A stretch of DNA of 64,000 nt from Tubiluchus corallicola. Taxonomy: Eukaryota > Animalia > Priapulida. A model generated the notes under the pieces. That model worked only from the letters and a program-made list of their open reading frames with translations. It had not been told where the DNA came from and did not search any database. Positions 11,775-23,825 of this stretch are shown here, one piece after another; within the stretch, counting starts at the first letter, position 1, and each line of letters starts with the position of its first letter. A program made the translations under genes and the position numbers. The DNA lies in assembly GCA_030141605.1 (NCBI GenBank), contig JAQGDQ010000304.1, positions 218,616-282,615 of the forward strand, given 5' to 3'.

Positions 11775-14700
11775 CTAAGGAATACAGACATTTTCTTCAC
11801 GATCTAGGATTTCTCTCACCAATGGATGTAAACCTTGCTCGGATGAATTGTCACGCTTCAAGTGCAGCACTTTCTCTGCGCCTAAAATAAATTGTGTTAG
11901 TTAACTAATCCTGCCAATTCAAGTTAGGTGCCCAATTACATAATTCATTATTGAACACAAAATTAAGTGCAATTTTTTTATAAAATTTTGCACTCTGCAA
12001 TCCAGAAAAGGCACCTATTACATATCTATAAAGCCTGCTATTAATGTTGAATAACTATGGCAAGATCAGACCACAGCTCAACACAATGGACAAACCTCTC
12101 ATATGAGATGTAAACTGACAGAGGTGTGTTAGGCACATATAGAATAATTAAGAATCTGCTACCCTATGATGTTATTTGTTTTATAAAATTTTTGCATGGC
12201 CATTAAGCTTGACAAATTGTCAGAAATTATTCTGGCTACTGCTGGAAGAAGAAAAACAAACATGAGAGGAAATTTCGTTTTTTTCACACAGGATGTATGG
12301 TAGTAATAAGTTACAAATTAAATAAAACAATTGTAAATAATTAAGGAACAAAATAATCAATGAAATTTTTTAGATTTACATAAAAATATCTTATGATTTC
12401 ATCTGAAAAATGAGCAGTTTTATTACCTTTAACGCTAATACTTCTGAGGTCCGTCAGTTTCATGAGCAGCTTGGCAAAGGAGTGTGGCTGGGTTGGACGC
12501 CGGATACGTATATGATACTTGAGGCCCTCTAATATGGGTTCCTGTAACTTTTCTACTTTATCACTCTCCGTTAAACCCGTTCTATCTGCAAATGCACAAA
12601 AGTAATCGCATCACAACAATGAGATTGGCGGACTGGTTAAGTTTCACGCATTAAGTGTCAGACCTCATTCTTATGTAGAAGCTTGCTAATCTCATAGCCT
12701 ATCAACTTTTGTACATACAAATGTGCCACTTGTGCAAGATACAACAAATTTTCAGCTAATAACAAATTTTATTGGCTAGTTGCCAAAACTTCCTCCTGCT
12801 GTTGAAAATATACATAGTGAGTGGCATGTATCTCGTTGCAATGACCTAAGTGTGAAAGTGTCATCTTAACGATTTACACTTTTAGATGTATTTATTAATA
12901 CTGTGACCTTATTGTTTAGATAATTACTTTTCATTTATTCACAATAAGTCTCTGCACAAAATCAGTGTTTATGTAGACAGTAAGGATTACCAAACCAAAA
13001 AATTCAGGTATACAATAATTTTGTGCACACATTAACAGATTAATCAATCTCCACAATTTTTACGAAATAAAAAGGTTCTCTGCACGTCTGTAGTATTATT
13101 TATTGTAGGATCTTACTGTTAACCATATAGTCAAAAGTTTAGCATTTTTATATAAAAATAAAGTGATCTGTAACTGCGAGTAGCTCTGCTAGTCGCATGT
13201 CATCGTACAGCAGCATTATTACATGAACAATGTCTCAGTGTTTTCTGACTAAAGTGTAAGATAAGGGCAGTAAAACAGAGTAAATATAGATTTTTTTCAT
13301 AAACAAGTCCCAAATTCAATGTACAAAGAAGTCCCAAAATGTCTTCAAAATGCAAGGAATCTGGCCGTGTATGAATGGCGTCGATGACAAACCATTCCCA
13401 CAGGCTCTCACTTTTTAGCATTTCGGCAACCAAAAGCTCTGACTAGGTAGAATATTTACACATTGCCTACATTTTTTCTGAGAAAAGCATGCGCACATGT
13501 AGAAAACTATGAAACCCTACCAGCTAGTCTTAGTTAATCAAACTGTAAGCAAAAACTTTGGAACAATTCTTCATTGTACATTTTGTCTTGCCTACACTGA
13601 TTAAATCCTCAATGTCATTTTTTTCAACAGAGATACCCATATTTCGCACTGTCGCTTAACACACACTGATTGATTTGAAGCAAACTCTGAAATGATGAAA
13701 CCAAGTTGAATTCAGACATCACTTGCTATTAGCATCCTAAACTTAATTAAGGAAGCATTTGAATATAACATACCACCACTCATGAGGCAGATAGCAGAAA
13801 GCAGAGCAATTTCCATTTCATCAACATCCATTAATTTAAATGATCTAAAATAAAAAAAGGTCGAGGCAACTATATAAAATATCAGAGTTCCAACAAGTAT
13901 GTACACACGATTTTTGTAATTGAACTGCACTACAAACAGCAATATTTTTATAGGTGCTTATGCGTCATTTTGATCAAAATTTCACATTGCACCTTATCTA
14001 CGCATAATAAAAAGAAATTAAAAAATAAATCAGTTATTGCAATATTCCAAAATAATACTGTTACACTAGCAGTTCCAACATTAACTGAAAATGCAGAAGA
14101 AAATCGAAACCTGAGTAATGATAAACAAGACTGACAATGGTTTCGTTGCCCGTCAATTTAGCGACATGAATATTACATTTATTGCTGAGAAATTGTTTTA
14201 GTTTACCCTAGAATTAAGTGTTGCATTTCACAAAATGATGAGACAAAATAAATAGATTTAAAACCCAATAAGAAAACTACCAGCTCTCACCAAAGCATCA
14301 TATTCTAGACTCTAGACTGTTGATGGTTTTATGTTAACTAAGACTTGTTACTGTATATTTGAAAATTTAAAGATACATGGAGCACAAACACATTATGATC
14401 TACTTAATTACTACCACAAGTTATTTGACGGCAATTATTCATTATGTTTGGGAAGATCATTATTACATTAACTGCTGCATTCCTTGCTAAACAGGCAGAC
14501 AGCAATAAATGAAAATAAGTGATCAACTTGGTGACCCACAAAGCAAATAAATGCAATATAAGCAGCTTTGCAGATACAATTACAGTTTTAATTTTTCGAA
14601 ATGTATTCATGCAGCTCAAGTTTCAGAAGCCAAATGAACATTTTTTAGACACGAAATGTAAAATCAAACTGCAAATAATTTACAGGTAACACCAAGTTTT

Positions 14701-17700
14701 ATTCCGTTTAGATTTGTCTGTTTAATGCTTTATCTTGTTGTGTCTCTTACATTTCTAAAGATTAAACTGCAAACAAAATTTTATCGTTTTTCTAAATTTC
14801 CAAATCATGAATAGGTAAAACAATATGCAACTGTGTTGCTTTTTTATTCACCTATGTATGCTTAACATGGCCCTTTTTTGTATGGCAAACAGGACAAAGC
14901 TTCATTATCGTGCTAAGCAGTCCACAAGTGCCTTTATTAAACTAAGAATTAAGAAGGTAACTTAGTCACGAGAAGTCAAAAATTTCATTTTCTAAGACAC
15001 TTACGATTGGTTAAGTAAGATGTCGAATATAGCAATTTATGAAGCCAGTGAAAAGTTCACTACCATCAAATACTCTATTGAAGCAACACAGTTATGTAAA
15101 TGTTACTATAAATGCATTGCCAAGACAAGAATTTGCACTAGATATTTCCTTTCACACTTTAACCTAGCATTCCAGAGATAAACTATATTTGTGTTTCTTT
15201 AAGCAACATTTATAATATAAGCATAGTGCTCAAGTAGAACTTATGCAAAAGACACTTACTTAGAAAAACAATAGATAGTTTCAGCTAATGTGCCAAGGCC
15301 AGATTCGTGAAGCTGGTCTTTCGTAAAAGTTAGACCATTTGAAAATTTCATTGTGCCGTCTTCTTGATATCTTGACGTCAATCGCAATATCTATGTTAAA
15401 AAATATAATATAATTGCACCAGTAGATGAGATATAAAATTTCAATAGCTTATATAATCCTCTTGAAAATATATAAAAATTAAATATGAAGCAATAATAGC
15501 TTGATATTTCAAAGCACAGTATCACAGGGAATTTGTCGATGCTACATAGAAGCAAACAGACTAATTTACCAAAATGTCAACTTCGAAATCTACTTTTAAC
15601 ACCACAACATTAATGCTCTTTATTGCTTGCTTGGAAGATGCACACACCTTTACAAATTAAGCAGCACAGTATAGCTAATGAACTGCCAGAATCATCTGGT
15701 TGTGCTTATTTGTAACTTAAAAACTAAAGATGAGCAGTGATCATTACACGCACTCACGCACGCATGCACACAATTTTTAAGCTAAACAACTGGAAATAAG
15801 TAGTTTGAAGTAAATTAGGCTCTTAAATAAACGTTATCACAAAATATCAGGTAACGTAGTAATCAAATTTAACACTAAAATATCCCGACAATTTCGCTTA
15901 ATTCAAAAACTGTGACTGCAACACAACAATTGCATCCGTTATACTAATGCTTTAGCAGAGCTTTCTGTTGACAAATGACTGGATCGTACCAAAACAAAAT
16001 CTCCACACACACACACGGCGACAGCATTGTCCATTCTGTGAGTAAACTTACCATAATTTCCAAGCAACTAGATTTAAGCAAACAGATCTGATCTGTCATA
16101 TTTAAAGTTGTGAAGCCTGGTACTTTCTTTGAAAAGTCCACGATCATTGTGATCCCCCGTGAAGACAACTCTGTCACTTTCTCCCAAATGACCATTTGAA
16201 CATCTCCGCCCAACGCAGCCTCCATACGTGGACTGGAATCCTGTGTTGTTGACTGCAAATGCAATTACCAATCTCGTAGTTTTGTACAAACAATGTTTTA
16301 GCTCGTGTGTGTTTAAATGAATTGTACACAGTGTTTTAATTTCACTTATTCAACACTAACTGTAACTGTTTGAGTTTCATGTACCATCAGTAAGTGATTC
16401 AGGAATATAAGAATAACCAGTACAAAAATTTGAATCTCTTCATAGGACACAAACGTATTTGTATATTCAATTTCATTACAAACAAACAATACATTAAAAA
16501 TCACATATAATTATTTATGTCAGTACAAAACTGGTCATATTAGTTAGCTAGTTGCCAGTGGTTGTTATCCAAGTGTTTGCAGTTCAAGTCTTAAAATGGC
16601 CATTCTGATTTGTCCCCTTGAAGACAGCTTACTGACTGAAACTGACACCATACATTTCAAAACACACAGAGACAAGTACAATATATGACAATGAAATTTT
16701 GTACCTGATAAGGTTCTTCTTTGATGCAAACAGAAGGAAATGTCGTCGTGTGAGCATCTAATATAACATTAATCAAATGTTCTACATCTGGAGCTATAGT
16801 TACAGGCTGTGGTGGGGGTAATACGTTTAAAGTGTCTTCAAATTTTTTTCGCTTTTTGTTTTTTTCATGCCTCAGTGCTACAAGTACAAAATAAATCATT
16901 CATTATACACTAATACATGTTTGCAAGCATGAATACATTTTCCTTTATGCATTGTCAATGATCAAAAAGTAATTTCACTAAAACGATGTACACACTAATT
17001 ACTTACACACTGCTAAGCATAAAGCCATTCAGTAAAAATTCAATCATTTTGAAGAAAACATTGTAAGTATCTTGTAAATGCACATAAGACATTGACATTA
17101 GACTTAACATCTTGCTCTTAGATATTAGCATTTTATTCTTTTTATAAATAATAATTTTAAATGCAGTAATAACTTTCTACTTTTCAAGATTTCTCCTCCA
17201 CGCCAAATAAATCTGGCTCAGAAATCCCGCATTGCTTAACAAATAACGCATCATTCCCTCAAAAAGAAAACCAGTACACAGTAACAAAGCATATTGATTT
17301 TGCTCATAATGCATATGCGGGCCAATATTCATTTGGCTTGTCGATATGTTTATTGCTCTTGGCATAAAACACTCCAGTGCCTTTAGCCAAAGCAACCTTT
17401 AACTCGGAAAGTAATGAATGAACAGACAATAGAAGGCCAGCATTTTACTCTTTCTAAGTAATCCCTGCCAGTGGAAAAGACACATTACAAAAGTCCTCTT
17501 GTAAAAAATGTCAAATTGAAGCAATTTGATACTGGATTAGATAACAAATACTTGCTCTACCTGCATAAAAATAAAAACTGAAGAGCTGTTTAATGTGACA
17601 CACAGACTCACATTCAGGACTAACACTGTTACAGTATGCTAACTGTGTTAGCCTGGATATTTCTATAACTTTGCTTGCCATTTTAATAACAAAGTACACA

Positions 17701-19907
17701 GTGGAACATAGACTATCCCAATTTAACTGTATGATTAAAGTGACATCATAGTCTATCTTTAATTAATTAAATTAACCAATACTGGTTAAATATTTAGTTA
17801 AATTTTCTGTAAACTACATTCAGAAATCAAACACTATTTTAATTATGTGCCCACCTAAAAGCCTAATTTTACACGCAACAAAGTAAAAACAATAGCCAAT
17901 AATTAGAAAATTAATAACTTGAACAGGTATAGTTCATATGATAAAAGTGCAATTCGATATATGTTCTAAAACAAAAGAGGCACATTTCATATTCAAACAG
18001 TTGCGTTATGTTAATACAACAAAAACACTGGATGTACCATGCAAGAATGGTGAGAATAAAATAATAATAATTATAATAATAAAATAATAATACCTTCTTT
18101 TGACATTCCTTGAGCAAAGCACTTCTGTAAGCGACAGTACTGGCACCGGTTTCTTGTTACTTTGTTTATAACACAATTCTTGTCTCTGTGACACATGTAT
18201 TGCATGTTCTTTTGAACACTTCTCCGAAAAAATCCCTGCAAGTAATACATAGTATTCTGATTATTAGAAGTTATTTAGTACTGCTAGACCTATTAGCACA
18301 TACACATTGGAAAGTTATGAAAGTTACATATTTTGACTCATACATTGAGAAACCATTAAAAGTTGGATGAATTAGTTGTCGGTGAATAGTGGGTAACAAA
18401 TAAAAGAAATATCCACTATTTTGAACATTTAATTTTGCAAGCAGCCTGGCTGCAGCACACCATCATTGGCTGCAGCACAGGCCTTATAGATATCACCTCT
18501 AAATTGACTATTTTAATAGTGGCTTAAAATTTCGAGAGTTAAGGTATAATATCTGAGCAATTCTTGAAAAGTTTGAAATGTGAGCCAGTGAAAAAACCAT
18601 ACTTGTTCATAAAGGGTGCAAAACAAGATATTTCAGTTTGAATGTGTTGATGATGCACTAACCTTACATCCCTCACAGGCACTGACACCATAATGATATC
18701 CAGAAGACTTGTCGTTGCACACGACGCATGGCTTGTACACACGAGGTGGCGGTGGCGGTGAAGCCGGAGGGCTGGATTCTGATCTTTGCTCATCACTGAA
18801 GCTGAATGTCTGGCTCGGTTCTGGAGATCCTAGACCATCAGCTGGAACATTTAAAGATAAATATTCATTTGGAAATATATGTAGGGAAAAGTACCATTTT
18901 GAAAGCACTTTACATCACAAATAAGTATGAAAAAAATCAAATTGATTATAATTATAGGAAACAGTTATTGTGTGGTGGGTTTGAGAAAAAACTTCAGAGC
19001 AGGCCTTGTAGATATCAACCGTAATTTGGCTATTTTAATAGCGGCTCAATGTTGAGAGTTACAGTACAATATTTGAGCAATTCTTGAAAAGTATGTAATG
19101 TAGGTCAGTGGAAAACCATACTAAACCGTTTACTGAATTTACTTAATCAAATAATGGAGTGCATCTATCCCTACATATGCCAGAATAAATTATTATTGTA
19201 ACATGTACAGCTACATGTGGCAAAGTCTGAAATTATGTAGATGTTACAATGCAGAACCAGAGAAACAGTCTTGGATGGGTCATGGTTTAAATCACTAATA
19301 TTATAGGAACACTACACAAGATTCTTCCAAATGCCTTAAAAGAATACAAATTTAAAATGTACACGAAATTTTATACAATTCTACTTTACTCGTAATTTGA
19401 GAAACGAGTTCTTTAACTACCTAGTCCACCAGCAGCAGAGCTTCCAGAAGATCCAGGACCTCCATTATGCTCATAGAGCAATTCAAACTCATGATCAGTT
19501 GGAAGCGATCCTAAAAATGGAATATTAAACTTCTGTAGGTGAAATTGGGAATGATATTAATAACAACTACAAGTTGGCAGCTTTACATTAATGTATCCCA
19601 ATAAGCTTGAAAAGGGAAACATTTGAAGACTATTCAATGAATATAATTTAATGTTGAACTAACAACACATATGATATTAACAGAGGATTAGTGTAATACA
19701 ACAGTTGAACTTAATGTAAAGAAATATTGATCATTAACTCAATCAGGAGTTCGTGGTTTAACACAAAAACGTGCATGTAGACAGTAAGTAATGGATGTAA
19801 ATGTATGATATCATACCAATGCCGCCATACAGGTCCATGGGTGAACCTGGATAAGTGTCAGCTACATGATGCACAGTACCAAGATGACTAGAAGACAGTA
19901 AGCTCAT
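11775..19907 (-). CDS. RAR: Retinoic acid receptor (NR1B), 447 aa
   Basis: Exons (-) 19907-19817, 19510-19421, 18841-18663, 18235-18094, 16877-16705, 16252-16052, 15390-15260, 13844-13774, 12585-12427, 11881-11775; all GT-AG, 1344 nt in frame. RAR hallmarks: [73 protein letters not shown]; [10 protein letters not shown]; [21 protein letters not shown]; ends [16 protein letters not shown]. The two N-terminal exons are less certain. Confidence 0.95.
18480..19122 (+). repeat. Two ~120-bp diverged direct repeats (18480-18603 and 19002-19122) flanking the first zinc-finger exon of RAR
   Basis: GGCCTTRTAGATATCA...CTATTTTAATAG...GAGAGTTA...TGAGCAATTCTTGAAAAGT...CAGTG.AAAACCATACT is present in both adjacent introns. 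Confidence 0.85.
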
Positions 19908-20937
19908 CAACGATCTTTTGGCTCACCTGGTACTTGTAGATGTTTTACCTGAAAAATACAGCAAAAATTGGATGAAAACAATAATAAAAGTAACTGCCAA
20001 CAGAGGACTTTGGACTGCTTAACAACACCTATAGAAACACTAGTAACAACAAATTAATGATCAGAAACAGATGTACTAACAATGGGCTTAAAAGCGACGA
20101 TAAAGTTTTTAGGATCTTCAATTTTAAAAAGTAGACAAAATAAGTAGAGCCCAGAGCGCGCCATTTCAGCTGACCTCCAGCCGGTTTATTTCTACAGTTG
20201 ATCTAGCTGATAAGAAACTCATCTTTAGTCGCGCCAGCGATGGGAGGCGAGTTAGCCAACATTTTTGCCAGCTAAACTTTAGTAATTTTTGAACGAGAAA
20301 GCTGGTCAATTCAAAATATACACAAACAGGCAACGTTAGTCACACGTATGGGATCATTTTGGTGTTTTGGAATTGATTCATCTGTAATAAAGATAAGCTT
20401 CGCCAAGAGTTGCATTTAAGCCATTGCTTTTTCATAATAATAAAAACTCGATCTTTAATGCCTTATTTGAATTTGTACATCAGCTTTTTTCTGTGTATAA
20501 GCAACACAAGTTATTTAAAAAATTTGTTTCGATAATTTAACAGTCAACAAACAATTTATCTTTTATTTACTTAACAAAAATTAGTAGCTTTAGCTGACTT
20601 AGCTGATCTTTTCTTTAAGCCAACTCAGCTGAAAAGTCAGTCAACCTCAGCAGAACTAGCTGATTATTTATTGTGTGTGTCAGGTGATGTTAACTGGATT
20701 CAGCTTCAGCCTCTAAAAATATGACATTTTGTTTTATTTTATAGTGTTTTGAAGCTTTTGCAAAGTATGATTGTACGTGTAAAAAGTGTTATGCAGAAAC
20801 CAATCAGTGTGCATGTTCCAGTTAACTCTTGGGAATGATCGTGCTCATGTGTAACGTGGTTGCGTGATCACCAACTTAATAAAGACAATAACTTAAAAAC
20901 TGAAAAAGAAAATTATACAAAACAGAGCAAAAATTAC

Positions 20938-21016
20938 CTTTATTTTCGTAAACCATTGAACGTTTTGTAAGAAAGTGTTGGATTGTTTATACTCCACTTC
21001 TTGTAGCTTAAGACAT
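20938..21016 (-). other. Putative 5'-UTR exon of RAR containing upstream ATGs
   Basis: Acceptor TTACAG| at 21017 and donor AAAG|GTAATT at 20937; can splice to acceptor TTTTTCAG| at 19949. Confidence 0.5.
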
Positions 21017-21784
21017 CTGTAAGACAATAAAAGTACAACAGTTAGCCATTTTTCAACATATCACGTACTACTTTACAACGTTATACTGCAGAATGCGGAA
21101 ACCTTTAATGGTAAAAAAATATAAGAAAAAATTGAGTTTCAACTATGTGTTTTTCTCTAGAACAGGGTTTTCATATGAAAGGTGCTGAACTAGGTAAAAT
21201 TTAAAGTTTGAGCTAGCAAACTCGCTAGTATTACTTGGCCGTAATATAGTGAAAAATACGAACGTGTAAATAGTCCCTGGCTAAAGTATGCACACATCAG
21301 CATAAACTTTGTGGTAAGATACTAAAGAATAAATAACACTAAGTTTACCACTAGCTACAATCTATGTTTGCAGCCTTTAGTAAGAAATACGACACATGGC
21401 ATTACAAACACAAAATGTTTACGTCACCAAGATTATCATACTGTTGACAATTTCAACAAAGTTGCATCTAGAATTACATGGCAGCCTCGGGAAAGATTGT
21501 TAGTACAACCGGAATTATACTTGTCAGTTGTTTGGCTATATCACTTTGGACATTATTGCACAAGCGTGTACAGGACTTTGAACGCTATGATAATCGTCAG
21601 CACTTGGTTAGGCGTTTCGAAGTCACAAACAACGCGTTTGTTCAAAAATAGATAAAATGTAAGATTGCAAATGGTTTGTACTGGCTAATCGTAACTTAAC
21701 AAAAGACTGCATAAATAAACAAGGAAATGGAAAAGGACATAGTGCATAAAACCAAGGAAAACAAACAATGTATGTATAAGAAAT

Positions 21785-21812
21785 GAGAGAAGGAGAGAGA
21801 AAGAGAGACAGG

Positions 21813-21888
<76 letters not shown>

Positions 21889-21985
21889 AGCGAGGGAGAG
21901 AGAGACAGAGAAAGAGAAAGAGAGAGAGGAGGGAGGGACAGAAAGAGAGAGAGAGAGGGAGGAAGAAAGAGAGGGGGGGAGAGAA
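21785..21985 (+). repeat. (GA)n microsatellite / purine tract
   Basis: About 200 bp almost purely G/A, with a perfect (GA)n core at ~21823-21884. Confidence 0.97.
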
Positions 21986-22879
21986 GGCCGAGGCACCGCC
22001 GTATGTTGTGAGACTAATGCTCTATTTCACTGTTCCTATTCAACTAACAGTTAGTGTCTATTTGCACTATAAGAGGCGTGATTTCGTGGAAAATAAGCGC
22101 CTGAGTACCAGCAACTTCCAATGTTGGCTGCTGGTTAAATATTGCTTGAGGAAGATGTATTCGACACAGTGACATTTCAACTGATACTGACGCACAACCC
22201 GAGACGCTGATGCTGTCACGCCGAATATCGATTTTGATTTTGCGTCTAATATCTAGCAGCGTTGCCTTCAACCAGCAAGCTACATGCCAAAATTGGGTCA
22301 AGGATATTTTACAGGATTATTTTTGCTAAGCGGGCGTGAGTTAACTCGTTCTACCCTGGAAGAAGCGAAAAAAAGAAATTGCGCTGCTGTAAACAGACAT
22401 CCACGTCTTGAGAGCAATTTTATGATATCATATGTACAAATTTGGTCGTTGAAAACGCAAACACACTTAATGGAAACAAAATAACAAAGAAAATTCAGTC
22501 TCAACACTACTAGTAGCAAAATACTAAGCAAATACTAAACAAAATTTAGTTGCAACAACTTGAACAAACATTACAAGTGACACGTGTCAAAAATAAAGGA
22601 ATTTAGACACAGTTATTATGTACAAAACATACAGGCTACGCATCAGAAAATAGTTACAATCAGTACTATATTTTTAGGGTCCACACCACACTGAAATGTG
22701 CCTTTTGGACTATGAACCAAAACTATTGACATTAGAAGTGTGACACATTTAATGCAAAGATCTTATCTGCAGTTACTTTAACGAGTCACCATTTACCTTT
22801 TAGTAACTTAGCTGGTACGAAACGGTAAATCATTGAAATCCTATGCGCATTTCCGGCAGATGCACAACCAAACATCCAA

Positions 22880-23825
22880 CGGTCAAAGTTAAGGTCAAGC
22901 ACGTCACAGTGACCCTTCCCAACTTGCCAAATTTCATTTGATTAGTTTGGCCTAAACGAACCTTTCAGACTTAAAAATACAAAAAAGGCGACGTACACTG
23001 ACATTGTTATTAGATACCTGCCTAATTTGTTTAATGTTGTCTTACTGGTGATGGCCACATAACGTGCGTGTCCAAATTCAGCTAATTAAAGACCCAACCA
23101 TCTTCAAAGTCGAAGCCAAGGCCAAGTGTGCATGATGACCTTTCGTGTCACAAGTACTATCCATACACTAAGTATGGATAGTGTTCAGGATCGGGGTTGT
23201 ATGATCCCAACCGCCAATCCCGAACTTTCTTCAAATCCGGAACCCCTGTCCAAATATGTAGTCCCAAGCCCCGTTCTCGAACTTCTCATCCCGTCCGATC
23301 CTGATCTTGACCCCAAAATTTAAATGAACACTGTTCACTTTAGGTTTTAACGCATACGAAGAAAAATGAGACATTTATGAAGTTATTTATTTATTTATCG
23401 CTTAAATTTTGTGATAACGTGTTTTAATTGAGATTTTATTAACCATGGCTGCATCACGTGACTGGGGTTCGGCTATTGTTAGCTGACCCCGATTCCAAAC
23501 CGGCGATCCCGACCCGAACTTCGATCCCGTCTAGAGACTTGAACACTCCTACTACTAAGTTTGATTAGTTTGGCTTCATTGACCTTGACCCATAATGCAC
23601 AAAGTGGCTTAACTTAACACCATACTGCCCATCAGTCTTCAAGGTCAAGCAAGTCAAAGTGCCCTTCTCCTACCTGTTTTGGGCACGTGCCAAATTCGAT
23701 ACTGCTGACATGGAAGTCTCTGGAGAGGGATGCAAAATGTTTTGACAGATACACAGTGACATATAAGACTCCACTAAATATTAAGACCAAAATGAAGGTC
23801 AAGAGTCCCGCTCTGATAGTGACCC
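22880..23825. promoter_or_regulatory. Cluster of nuclear-receptor half-sites (RGGTCA) upstream of RAR
   Basis: Ten perfect half-sites: AGGTCA at 22892, 23642, 23796; TGACCY at 22910, 23136, 23308, 23484, 23580, 23586, 23820. Function is inferred. Confidence 0.5.
23172..23551. mobile_element. MITE-like non-autonomous element
   Basis: Imperfect terminal inverted repeats (AGTGTTCA at 23180, TGAACACT at 23540), many GATCC/CCCG subterminal motifs, and ACTAAGT on both flanks (possible target-site duplication). Confidence 0.45.

Noticed and set aside
11775-11790. C-terminal VCIP of RAR as a prenylation signal
   Set aside because: The Cys is third from the end, not fourth as CaaX requires.
20150-20700. 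Region with repeated CAGCTG/AGCTGA motifs in the RAR 5' intron
   Set aside because: Looks like a MITE remnant, but no matching right terminus could be identified; an E-box enhancer reading is unsupported.
21685-22172. ORFs rich in ER or SL dipeptides (129 aa and 103 aa)
   Set aside because: Translation artefacts of the (GA)n microsatellite.
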